Below, piece by piece: positions 11,150 to 19,530 of a DNA stretch of 64,000 bases; positions within the stretch are counted from its first letter, which is position 1; every line of letters begins with the position of its first letter. The translations under genes and the position numbers were made by a program. Location: contig JBBRVE010000006.1 of NCBI GenBank assembly GCA_038247245.1, positions 9,894 through 73,893 on the forward strand, read 5' to 3'. The notes under the pieces are model-generated. The model ran no database searches. It saw nothing but the letters and a program-made list of their open reading frames with translations, and was not told the origin of the DNA. The DNA is from Bdellovibrionales bacterium. Lineage in GTDB: Bacteria; Pseudomonadota; Alphaproteobacteria; Micavibrionales; UBA2020.

Positions 11150-12513
11150 TTCCGGCGGCGGTCGCGCTTTAACAGACTGAAGGCGAAAATAACCACCAGC
11201 GCCAGCGTCGCCACCAGCACGCCGACGCGCAAGAACGACGGCGCCTGCAGACTGTCGCCCTGCGTCGTGAAATCGACGGTATCGACAATGACCGATAGCG
11301 TGCTGATGAGGGTGAAGGCCAGCATGAACAACCCGAGTTTCTTGTTCTGCAGGTGGTTCAGGTTTTCGCGGATGCGGTCATAGATTTTTTCGACCAGTTC
11401 CAGCTTGGTATTCAGGTTGTCGAACCGGTCGCGCGTATGCCACGCCTTTTCCAGCGCATGCCAGATTTTCAACCCCTGCGGATCAAGGCTGTTGTCGAAA
11501 TCGTCATAAACGGCCTTGAACAGTGTCACCTTGGACTGGTATTCGACGATGATTTCGGATTGCCGCTCCAGCAATTTCATGTCCTGTGAATGTTTCTGGC
11601 GATCCAGCTCGTTCGACAGGAAAAACAGGTCGCGGTCGATATCTTCCGCCGCCACATAAAATATATTCTGCGCGCGCACCATGCTGAGCAGCGTGCCCAG
11701 CTGTTTTGGCTGAACGGAATTGATGTCGTACACCTCGGCTGAATTGCCGTTGCCCGGATAGACGGACAGGCCGGGAATGATCGATGCGTCCTCGATCAAA
11801 TCCGCCTGTTCGCTGAAAATCAGGCGTTTATTGACGAGTTTCTGGGTTTCGTAATCCCGCGCGCAAGGCGCATGGAAAACACGGTGCACCCAGAACAAAT
11901 CGCCGATGCCCTGGAAAATGCTGCTATTCGCCCAATACGCGTTTTTGCCGCTGCCATAGAAACTGGCAAGCGTATACTCCGCTGCCAGCTTCGCCGCCGC
12001 CAGTTCGAACGTCGCCACGAAAAGCGGGCGATAGGCGGAGAGCAAGGAACTGGATTTTTCCGCAGCAACGCGGTATTCGTCCATCGTTAAATCCCGCAAT
12101 CCCTCGATTTCGCCCACAAACGTCGCCGAACCGTAACCCATATCGTATAAACGTACATCGATAGCGTAGATGTGAAAAATGCAGTCGTTTTCATGCTGGA
12201 GACTCTGCGGCAATTTCAAAGAAACCAAAACATCGCCAAGGTCTTTTTCCTCCAGCGTGCGCCCCGCGAAATAACCGGGGATAATTGTGTTGCCGCGCCT
12301 TGTATCCGCATCGATCTTCATTTTATTGCCGCGCGCGCCATGTGCGGGCGTATACCAATGCCCCTGCCCGTCCGCCATTGCGCCCGCGAATTCCTGCTGG
12401 TATGCGCCATACCCCTTCGCCAGCAGCGCGCGGCTGTCAATGACCAGCCCTGATCGCATCGGGCCGTTGAAGGTCATCTCGCGGCGTTCGTGCTTGGCCA
12501 GGTATGTCGTCAT
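11146..12513 (-). CDS. Uncharacterised protein: large soluble N-domain, coiled-coil-like helix, C-terminal two-TM hairpin (CorA/DUF155-like topology, no GMN motif)
   Basis: 455 aa. C-terminus LGLFMLAFTLISTLSVIV ... FLRVGVLVATLALVVIFAFSLL then KRDRRRN. The start overlaps the stop of the upstream M48 gene (ATGA at 12510-12513). Confidence 0.6.
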   Translation of the reverse strand: MTTYLAKHERREMTFNGPMRSGLVIDSRALLAKGYGAYQQEFAGAMADGQGHWYTPAHGARGNKMKIDADTRRGNTIIPGYFAGRTLEEKDLGDVLVSLKLPQSLQHENDCIFHIYAIDVRLYDMGYGSATFVGEIEGLRDLTMDEYRVAAEKSSSLLSAYRPLFVATFELAAAKLAAEYTLASFYGSGKNAYWANSSIFQGIGDLFWVHRVFHAPCARDYETQKLVNKRLIFSEQADLIEDASIIPGLSVYPGNGNSAEVYDINSVQPKQLGTLLSMVRAQNIFYVAAEDIDRDLFFLSNELDRQKHSQDMKLLERQSEIIVEYQSKVTLFKAVYDDFDNSLDPQGLKIWHALEKAWHTRDRFDNLNTKLELVEKIYDRIRENLNHLQNKKLGLFMLAFTLISTLSVIVDTVDFTTQGDSLQAPSFLRVGVLVATLALVVIFAFSLLKRDRRRN

Positions 12514-14906
12514 GCAGCCTTCACTTTCTTGATGGAATAGACGCAGGCATGGGGTGTTTTTTTCATCTTGCCTTCCAGCCCGGCAATCGCACCGACATCG
12601 ATAAACAGGAATTCGGCGCCGAGGTTTGATTTGCCGATAAATTCGTTCAATTCAGCCTGCAGCTTTTTCTGCGTCGAAAACATCGGCTGCTTCATTTTAA
12701 ACGCAACAAGGTATGACGGATATTCCGGCAGGTACTGCACCTTTTTCTGCGCGATATAGACGCTCTGCAGCAGTTTATATTTCACGCAATGCTCGGCAAT
12801 CGCCTTCACGACGTCTTCCGCCAAGCCATGCGGCAGGTAAGTGTCGGTCGCCAGCACTAGCTCGCGTTCCTCCGCCCCTGCCTGCCGTTCGTATTCCCAT
12901 GTGGTCAACCGTTCTTCCCACGGCTTGGCTTCGGCTTTGCGGTTATGTTTTTGAAAATAACCGATGGCATGCTGGCAGGCGCTGGGCACGGCCTGTGGAT
13001 TTTCATCGGCCAGCCGCTGCAGCACGGGCAGCTGCGTTTCATCGCCCGCATCCAGTTTCAGACCGGCGATGTTCATTTGCGCGGGGCTGTCCTTCGGGTC
13101 GCGGCGCAGGATTTCTTCGCAGGCGGAGAGGATGGCGGCGTCATCCTTGGCACGGTCGGCGGCAGCGATCACTTCGTCGAGTTCGTCGCGCGTCAGTTCT
13201 GCCAGTGTTTTCTGTTTCAGTTCGGCATAGCGTGCGGTGACATGCAGGTGATCGTTATGCGCCGCTTCCCAATGCGGGCGTGCGGATTCCAGCCATTCGG
13301 CATTAAACGCGCCCGCAAGTTTTGCCTCGCCTTCACCCAGCAATTCGCGCGCGGCGCTGCTGGCGACAGGTTCCGGGGCGATAAAGCCATGCCCCAGCGC
13401 CGTGACGCGTTCCATCAGCGTCGGATGCGTGCTGGCATAGCCCGGTTCTTCCTTGGTCACGATGTCGATGATGTCTTTCTGGTCGCGCGCCGTGCCGAAA
13501 AAACCGGCCATCGCGGTATAGGGCGCTTCGCCAGCGGGATCGGGCGCGGCTTCCGCCTTTTTCCACTGGTCACGCCAATACAGCGTCGCCGTTTCATGAT
13601 CGCGCACGGCGACCGCCGACAGCGCCGCCGCTGCGTGATCCGCACCCGCCAGTTTAGCGGCGAAGGCATCGGCCTCATATTCGCATCTGCGTGATAGCGC
13701 AAAACTGTAGGCGCTGAACACGCCGATAAACCAGCTGTAAAACCGGTTCAGTTTCAGCGCATACCACATATGCTCGAACTGCAGGCGGTCGCCAAGGATC
13801 AGCCAGCTGGTGCGAATGCGGTAAATCCATTGCCCCAGCGCGTTATCCTTGGCCGCCACATGGCCGTATTCATGCCCCACGACGCTTGCCAGTTGCGGCA
13901 GCGTCAATGCCTGCATCAGCGGCAGCCCCAAGGTCAGCACCACCGGCCCGAAGCCGAAGAAGCCGAGGAAGCCCGTGCTGCGCGACACACTTGCATTCAT
14001 TTCGTTGCTGATATAAACGCGCGCAAAACGCGGGCCTTGCGCCTTGTCGATGATGCGCGACAGGAACGCGAACAGTTGCGGCGCATCCTGTTCGCGAATT
14101 TCAATCCCGGGCGGCGGAAAATTGGGCAGCAGCATGGATTTCGCCATGATGAATGAAAAACCGATCGGCACCGCCGCCAGCACAAAGGCAAGCTTGGCAG
14201 CGCCCGCATTCGCCCCCGTCAGCAGCAGCACAGCCGCCCCCATGCCAAGCCCGATCGGGATCATCAGCAATATCGCGCCGAATACGACCGCGTAGCCGAC
14301 CAGCGCCAGCCGCACCGTGCGTTTTTTCAGCCATGCGGGGTCTGATTTCGCCTTCGTCTCGATCAGCTGCACCAGATTCCTGAAATCCTCGTCGCGCTTT
14401 TTACGCTCCGCCGGCGTAATAATTTTCATGTCATCGGCGACCATCCACAGCAGGTATAGCGGGGGCAGCACCAGCGCCATAAACACCGCCATCAGGAAAT
14501 GCCAGTTGAAGCGGAAACCGCCGATGGAAAAACGCATCGACTGGTCCTGCGCGATATCCCATTCCGTGACAAAAGGATGCTGCGCCATGCCTGTTTCAAA
14601 CACGCGGCCTTTTTTCACCAGATGGCGCTGGCTGCGCCCGCTATACATCCATTCGATGAAATCTGCCTGCAGCGTGAATTCACGGCTGCCGATTACGCCT
14701 GTCAGAAGCATGCGCGGCGGAAAGGCCGACCAGTCCATCTGGCGGGACACGTATTTCCAGTCATACGGTCCCTGCCATTTCATGATGCCTTCGGCTTGAG
14801 ACATTTTTTCGAGCGGCGGATCAAGCGTCGCATTCGTCGCGGCGAATTGCAGCGCCGCAGGCCAGATAACGAGGAAGATAATGGTGCAGATGATGCGCTT
14901 CAGCAT
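12510..14906 (-). CDS. Membrane M48-family zinc metallopeptidase with long N- and C-terminal extensions
   Basis: HExxH as VVGHEYGHV (nt 13857-13874). Several hydrophobic TM stretches flank the catalytic domain. Helical, TPR-like C-terminal half. The ATG at 14906 has a GGAG about 10 nt upstream and is preferred over the GTG at 14936. Confidence 0.8.
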   Translation of the reverse strand: MLKRIICTIIFLVIWPAALQFAATNATLDPPLEKMSQAEGIMKWQGPYDWKYVSRQMDWSAFPPRMLLTGVIGSREFTLQADFIEWMYSGRSQRHLVKKGRVFETGMAQHPFVTEWDIAQDQSMRFSIGGFRFNWHFLMAVFMALVLPPLYLLWMVADDMKIITPAERKKRDEDFRNLVQLIETKAKSDPAWLKKRTVRLALVGYAVVFGAILLMIPIGLGMGAAVLLLTGANAGAAKLAFVLAAVPIGFSFIMAKSMLLPNFPPPGIEIREQDAPQLFAFLSRIIDKAQGPRFARVYISNEMNASVSRSTGFLGFFGFGPVVLTLGLPLMQALTLPQLASVVGHEYGHVAAKDNALGQWIYRIRTSWLILGDRLQFEHMWYALKLNRFYSWFIGVFSAYSFALSRRCEYEADAFAAKLAGADHAAAALSAVAVRDHETATLYWRDQWKKAEAAPDPAGEAPYTAMAGFFGTARDQKDIIDIVTKEEPGYASTHPTLMERVTALGHGFIAPEPVASSAARELLGEGEAKLAGAFNAEWLESARPHWEAAHNDHLHVTARYAELKQKTLAELTRDELDEVIAAADRAKDDAAILSACEEILRRDPKDSPAQMNIAGLKLDAGDETQLPVLQRLADENPQAVPSACQHAIGYFQKHNRKAEAKPWEERLTTWEYERQAGAEERELVLATDTYLPHGLAEDVVKAIAEHCVKYKLLQSVYIAQKKVQYLPEYPSYLVAFKMKQPMFSTQKKLQAELNEFIGKSNLGAEFLFIDVGAIAGLEGKMKKTPHACVYSIKKVKAA

Positions 14907-14914
14907 GAGCGGGT

Positions 14915-14954
14915 AACTCCGGAATGTCCGTTTCACATTCTAAAGTGCGGAGTT
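14915..14954 (-). promoter_or_regulatory. Imperfect hairpin in the 5' leader of the M48 gene. Its 3' arm contains the GGAG Shine-Dalgarno.
   Basis: Minus-strand RNA reads AACUCCG..GAAUGU-gaaacgg-ACAUUC-CGGAGUU. Arms of 7 and 6 bp, read directly from the sequence. Confidence 0.3.
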
Positions 14955-14973
14955 TAAAGAAACTCTAATGGCG

Positions 14974-16008
14974 TTATGGAGAATAAGGGCGCGGTGCGGA
15001 GGCAAGCGGCGGCGGCAAATGCGGGTTCAGCGTGGCGCGGATTTTCAAAACCAGCTCGTCCTTGTCGAATTCGGTATAGCGCAGATGCCACGGCTTGCCG
15101 TCCCCCTCGCCCGCGCGCTCCTGATACAGCAACCCCATTTTGTCGCCCATATCGATGGTGTCGGGATGGCCGTTTTCGCCGGTGCCTTCGGGATAAGCGG
15201 TGGGATCGACGGGCGTATCCATCGCGGTGAACGGGCCGCCCGCTGTTTTCGATGCCGCGAAAAACACGCGCTGCCGCGTGCCGCGTTCCGATAAATCCCT
15301 GTCCAGAAACGCAACGCCGACCATCAGGAAAGCGTCATCTTCCAGCTGCACAACCTTCGCCCCCTCCAGCCCCCATTCATAATTCGCCGAACCGGGTTTG
15401 TTGTGGAACGGCACGTCTTCCTGCTTCAACGCCAGCACGGGCGCTTCCCACGCCTCCGTCCCTTTTTCGCGCAGGGACACATAGACATCGCCGCAACCGA
15501 TGCTGCGATAGCCGGAAAAAGTCATGCAGTCATATTCACGCGCGCCGATTTTCACATCCGACAGCGCGACATCGTACAAACTCAATACCGGAAAATCACC
15601 CTGCGGCACATCATCCGCCGTCATGGCGGGCAGCGGCGCGGCGTTAAAGTTTTTTCCATCCGTTGACGTTGCCTGCGCGATCACGCCCGTGGTGCTGAAG
15701 CAACTGGTCTGGATCAGCATGTCCCATGTCCCGTCCGGCTTCAAAACCACGGCGGGGGCGACAACTTCGGGGCCGGCGACATTCACGACGGCAGGTTCCA
15801 GTTCCTGCCACGGGCCGGCGGGATGGTCGGCCCTGAACCTGCCCACATGCCACGGTTTGTCTTTTTCCGTGCCGTTGCTGGCGAACATGTAATAGCTGCC
15901 GTCGGCGCCCTTCACCACGCTCGGATCCTTGATCTCGAAATAGCCGGTATCGATGTCATTCAGGCGGCGGAACACGACGCGGGTAGAGGGCATGGGAAGC
16001 CTTTTCAA
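14974..16008 (-). CDS. Beta-propeller glycoside-hydrolase-like protein (GH43/32/68-clan-like), no signal peptide
   Basis: 344 aa. DPSVVKGADGSYYMFAS resembles the first-blade motif of 5-bladed propeller hydrolases. Family assignment is by eye only. Confidence 0.45.
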   Translation of the reverse strand: MKRLPMPSTRVVFRRLNDIDTGYFEIKDPSVVKGADGSYYMFASNGTEKDKPWHVGRFRADHPAGPWQELEPAVVNVAGPEVVAPAVVLKPDGTWDMLIQTSCFSTTGVIAQATSTDGKNFNAAPLPAMTADDVPQGDFPVLSLYDVALSDVKIGAREYDCMTFSGYRSIGCGDVYVSLREKGTEAWEAPVLALKQEDVPFHNKPGSANYEWGLEGAKVVQLEDDAFLMVGVAFLDRDLSERGTRQRVFFAASKTAGGPFTAMDTPVDPTAYPEGTGENGHPDTIDMGDKMGLLYQERAGEGDGKPWHLRYTEFDKDELVLKIRATLNPHLPPPLASAPRPYSP

Positions 16009-16240
16009 AGACGGGTTTAAGCCCTCACCCTAGGCCACCCCCCTTTTCCGTACAAGACCTTGTATTCGTAAGATAAATTCAGGCTTATGTCTTTTTTCAG
16101 TGCAGCGTGACGCCCTGCTTTGGGCTGAATATATAATGGCTTGGCACGCGATGAACGCAATGAACGGCTGTTTATCTATTGCCATATAAGCGGCCAAAAG
16201 TGTAGGTTGCTGCTGAACGATCAACGGAGTCCCCCGCCAG

Positions 16241-18124
16241 ATGTCTGACACCCAAAAACGCCTTGCCGACATCACGACCGCGCGCCTTGTGCTGCTGGGG
16301 CTGTTCATCGCCGTCGCGTGCGTTTATTTTCCGTGGCGGGTGACCGTTTTCAACACCGCCTCGCCCATTTTCTCCAGCGTTTTCTTCGCGGTCGAGCTGA
16401 TCGGTTTCATGTGGGGGATCGTGTTCCTGCTGAGCGTACTGAAAATTGTTACGCCCCGCACGCTGCCCGTCCGGCAAGGCATTGCCGTGGATGTCTTTAT
16501 CCCGACCTATAACGAGCCTGTCGATATCGTGCGCCGCACTGCGGCGGCGGCGCTGCGCATTTCATACCCGCATGTGACATGGATTCTGGATGACGGCAAC
16601 CGTCCCGCCATGCGCGAAATGGCCGAGGAACTGGGCTGCCGCTATATTGCACGCGGGCAGAACACCGATGCCAAGGCAGGCAACCTCAATAATGCGCTGA
16701 AACATGCGACGGGCGAATTCATCGCGCTGTTCGATGCGGATTTCATCGCCGAGCCGCGCTTCCTCGACCGCACGCTGGGCTATTTCGCCGACCCCAAAGT
16801 CGCCTTCGTGCAGACGCCGCAGGAATATTACAATTTTGATTCATACCAGTATGTCGGGTCTGACCGCGCGCACAGTTCATGGTCGGAACATTCGCTGTTC
16901 TACCGCGTCATTCAGGCAGGCCGGGCCGTTTATAACGGCACAATGTTCTGCGGCTGTAGCGCCGTCTTGCGCCGCGCGGCGATTGATTCCATTGGCGGCA
17001 TCGCAACCGGCACCGTGACCGAGGACATGCACACATCCGTGCGCCTGCACAATGCAGGCTGGGATTCCGCGTACCATTCCGAAACATTGTCGGCCGGGCT
17101 TGCGCCGCATGATGCCGACGGCTTCCGCCGCCAGCGCCTGCGCTGGGCGCAGGGCGCGATGCAGGTTTTCCGCAAGGAAAAACTGATCACCGGCGCGAAG
17201 GGACTGAGCACATTCCAGCGCCTTGGATATGTCATGCATGTGATCTCGCATATGGAAGGCCTGCGCCATGCCTTCATTTACCTGACCCCCATCGTGACGC
17301 TGGGGATTGGCATGTCGCCGTTCCGTCTTGACCTGCACTTTCAGGAATGGGCGATGTTCTCGCTGCCCATGATCGTGCTGGGCATTTTCAATTTCGAGGA
17401 ATTTGCCCGCGGCCATGCGCGCATCCTGCGCAACGAGCTGTTCAATCTGGTCCGCTGCCCGTCGTCGGTTCACGCAATATTCGCGCTGATAGACAAGCGC
17501 CATATTCCGTTCCGCGTCACGTCCAAGATCAAGGATGGCGCGCGCGGCTTCCTGTTCCCGTGGTTTATCCTGGCGGCAACGCTTATCGCGATCTCCAAGG
17601 CGATGTGGGAAGTCTGGAACGGCACCGCAATGCTGACCGGCTGGCCGCTAGTCATCGTGATGACATGGGCGACGCTGAGCGCGATGATTGCCGTCTGCGT
17701 CTGTCTGCTGACGCGCCGCTGCGACAATAACCGCCGTTCTTTTTCGCGCTTTCCCGCCGCCGTGCCCGTGACGCTGCACCCTGAAAACGGCGCGCCTGCG
17801 GTGCAGGCGATGGTGACGGATATTTCCGATAGCGGTTTGTCGGTGCGCGCAATGAATGGCGCGATGTTGCCCTTGGGCCGCGTGACAGGCGCATTGTCGC
17901 TATGCGGTCAGGAAGCCCCCTTTACCCTCAATCTGCAACCACGCAACAACGGCGCGAGCGGTGGCCTATTAATATGGAAAAATGAGGCGCAGCGCGACCA
18001 TTACTTGCACCTGATCGTGGTCGACCGAATCCGCTTCCTTGCGACCTTCGATGACCTCGAACAGAAAACCAATCTGGGTTGGCTGCTGCCGCGCCGCGAG
18101 CAGCAGGCCCAGACACAGGGCTGA
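16241..18124 (+). CDS. Family-2 glycosyltransferase, processive beta-glycan (cellulose-synthase-like) synthase with C-terminal PilZ domain
   Basis: Motifs DVFIPTYNEP, ILDDG, DADF, TEDMHTS and QRxRW (RRQRLRWAQG, about 17125-17145). PilZ signature RRSFSR (17731-17748) plus DISDSGLS (17819-17842). Multiple TM helices. Confidence 0.85.
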   Translation: MSDTQKRLADITTARLVLLGLFIAVACVYFPWRVTVFNTASPIFSSVFFAVELIGFMWGIVFLLSVLKIVTPRTLPVRQGIAVDVFIPTYNEPVDIVRRTAAAALRISYPHVTWILDDGNRPAMREMAEELGCRYIARGQNTDAKAGNLNNALKHATGEFIALFDADFIAEPRFLDRTLGYFADPKVAFVQTPQEYYNFDSYQYVGSDRAHSSWSEHSLFYRVIQAGRAVYNGTMFCGCSAVLRRAAIDSIGGIATGTVTEDMHTSVRLHNAGWDSAYHSETLSAGLAPHDADGFRRQRLRWAQGAMQVFRKEKLITGAKGLSTFQRLGYVMHVISHMEGLRHAFIYLTPIVTLGIGMSPFRLDLHFQEWAMFSLPMIVLGIFNFEEFARGHARILRNELFNLVRCPSSVHAIFALIDKRHIPFRVTSKIKDGARGFLFPWFILAATLIAISKAMWEVWNGTAMLTGWPLVIVMTWATLSAMIAVCVCLLTRRCDNNRRSFSRFPAAVPVTLHPENGAPAVQAMVTDISDSGLSVRAMNGAMLPLGRVTGALSLCGQEAPFTLNLQPRNNGASGGLLIWKNEAQRDHYLHLIVVDRIRFLATFDDLEQKTNLGWLLPRREQQAQTQG

Positions 18125-18274
18125 GCCTTGTTTTTGTGGCAAAAGAACCACATTTGGCAAAGTTGCGATATCGACGTAAAACAGCACTACCCTTTCCGGC
18201 ACCAACTGTAATAACTTCGGCTTAGACAGGCTTTTTAGCCTGCATGAAAAGAATTCATCAAAGGAAATACCACA

Positions 18275-18994
18275 ATGACCAAGGCCAAACTGTTCTCGGC
18301 AATCGCTCTCGCGGGCTGCCTCCTCGCTGCTCCTGTTTCCGCTCAGGCTGAAAAAGTTGCCGGCTGGACCGGTATCGATTTCGCGCCCAGCTCCTACTAC
18401 GCTTATGTCGGCGCGGTTGCGGCGATTTCGGGCCAGGACCTGTCGACGCAGGACGGCTGGGTTTTGCGCGCCACTGCCGGTTTCGGCGAATATGACTACG
18501 ACACCACCGCTGTCCCCGCCGGCAACGTCGATGGCAATGGTTCGGGCGCAGACCTGATGATCGGTTACGCTTACTTCTTCAACGGCGGCAACGCGAAAGC
18601 GCTGATCGGTGGCGATGTGAACCACAACGGCCTGTCCCCCAACGATCCCACCAGCAAGACTGACGGCACCGAAGGTGGCGTGAAGGGCATGCTGGAACTG
18701 AACGTCAACGTGGCTCAGAACGTCGACCTCGGCGCGATGGGTTCCTACTCCACGTCGTTCGACAGCTACTGGTCGCGCTTCACCGGCACCTATAACTTCG
18801 GCCCCGTCAAGTTCGGTCCCGAAGTGCTGTTCATGGGCAACGACTCCTATGACCAGACCCGCTTCGGCGCGGCGCTGTCGGATATCGACCTGAACGGCTT
18901 TGCAACCGCACGCGTTTACGCAGGTTACGCGTCGACCCGCGGCCAAGGCGATGACGGCATGTACGGCGGCCTCTCGCTCGGCAAAGGCTTCTAA
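18275..18994 (+). CDS. Secreted beta-barrel-like outer-membrane protein, BcsS-like
   Basis: Signal peptide ending AQA-EK. Alternating aromatic/Gly-rich strands. C-terminal ...GGLSLGKGF ends in Phe, as in OM barrels. It sits directly downstream of the GT2-PilZ synthase. The BcsS family call is from memory of that family, not from a search. Confidence 0.55.
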   Translation: MTKAKLFSAIALAGCLLAAPVSAQAEKVAGWTGIDFAPSSYYAYVGAVAAISGQDLSTQDGWVLRATAGFGEYDYDTTAVPAGNVDGNGSGADLMIGYAYFFNGGNAKALIGGDVNHNGLSPNDPTSKTDGTEGGVKGMLELNVNVAQNVDLGAMGSYSTSFDSYWSRFTGTYNFGPVKFGPEVLFMGNDSYDQTRFGAALSDIDLNGFATARVYAGYASTRGQGDDGMYGGLSLGKGF

Positions 18995-18996
18995 AA

Positions 18997-19530
18997 ATTA
19001 TCGCCCTTACAAGGCGGCACGTTATCCAAACGCTCCTGGCGCTCTGCGCCGGGGGCGTTTGTCTTTTGGGGCATGACGCGGATGCCGCGCCGTTCCGCGC
19101 GGTATGGAACAACGACAATCACGACCCGACGCCCGGAAACTTCGCCATGCTCTGCGCCTGCGTCACATTGCAGGACGACCTTGATCCCGCAGCGATGGCG
19201 GAGGTTTACAAAGTGCTGATGGACGAACCATGGGGGCCAAGCCATATCACGCGCCTGCATACCAAAATCGGCGCGATGCTGGAACGCGACGCGGCTATGC
19301 GCGACAAGACACCTCTGCAGGACGCCGTATGGCAGTTTGATGAAGGCGAGAAATGGTTCGCGCGCCATGTGCTGGAAATCTGGTACACCGGCCACTACGA
19401 AAACGCCGAACGCCCGAGCACCCGCGTTTTGTACGGAGGCGCGCTGATGTATCGCGCGGCGGCGGGCGCATTGAATGTGCCAATGGTCGAGCCGCTCGGC
19501 TTCGGCAACTGGGAAACGCCGCCGTCATGA
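18997..19530 (+). CDS. Small (gamma) subunit of a membrane-associated FAD sugar dehydrogenase (gluconate 2-dehydrogenase / sorbitol dehydrogenase small-subunit family) with Tat signal
   Basis: Body resembles the small-subunit family (FAMLCACVTLQDDLDPAAM...). The in-frame upstream sequence encodes a good twin-arginine signal (TRRHVIQTLLALCAGGVCLLGHDADA), but no ATG/GTG/TTG occurs between the in-frame stop (18952-18954) and the RR. The start given here is ATT 18997. The first canonical start is TTG 19066. The stop overlaps the large-subunit ATG (ATGA). Confidence 0.55.
   Translation: MIALTRRHVIQTLLALCAGGVCLLGHDADAAPFRAVWNNDNHDPTPGNFAMLCACVTLQDDLDPAAMAEVYKVLMDEPWGPSHITRLHTKIGAMLERDAAMRDKTPLQDAVWQFDEGEKWFARHVLEIWYTGHYENAERPSTRVLYGGALMYRAAAGALNVPMVEPLGFGNWETPPS

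Noticed and set aside
16021-16050. The gccctcaccctagg stretch, considered as a second copy of the REP-like element at 32803-32924.
   Set aside because: Only about 10 nt resemble one arm. There is no inverted partner and no hairpin core.
19353-19526. N-terminal extension of the GMC large-subunit ORF as drawn in the ORF track.
   Set aside because: The extension overlaps the small-subunit gene in another frame and is Arg-rich nonsense. The ATG at 19527 gives MTAPENIDAEVVIIGSGVAGA with the GxGxxG fold right at the N-terminus and an ATGA coupling to the small subunit.
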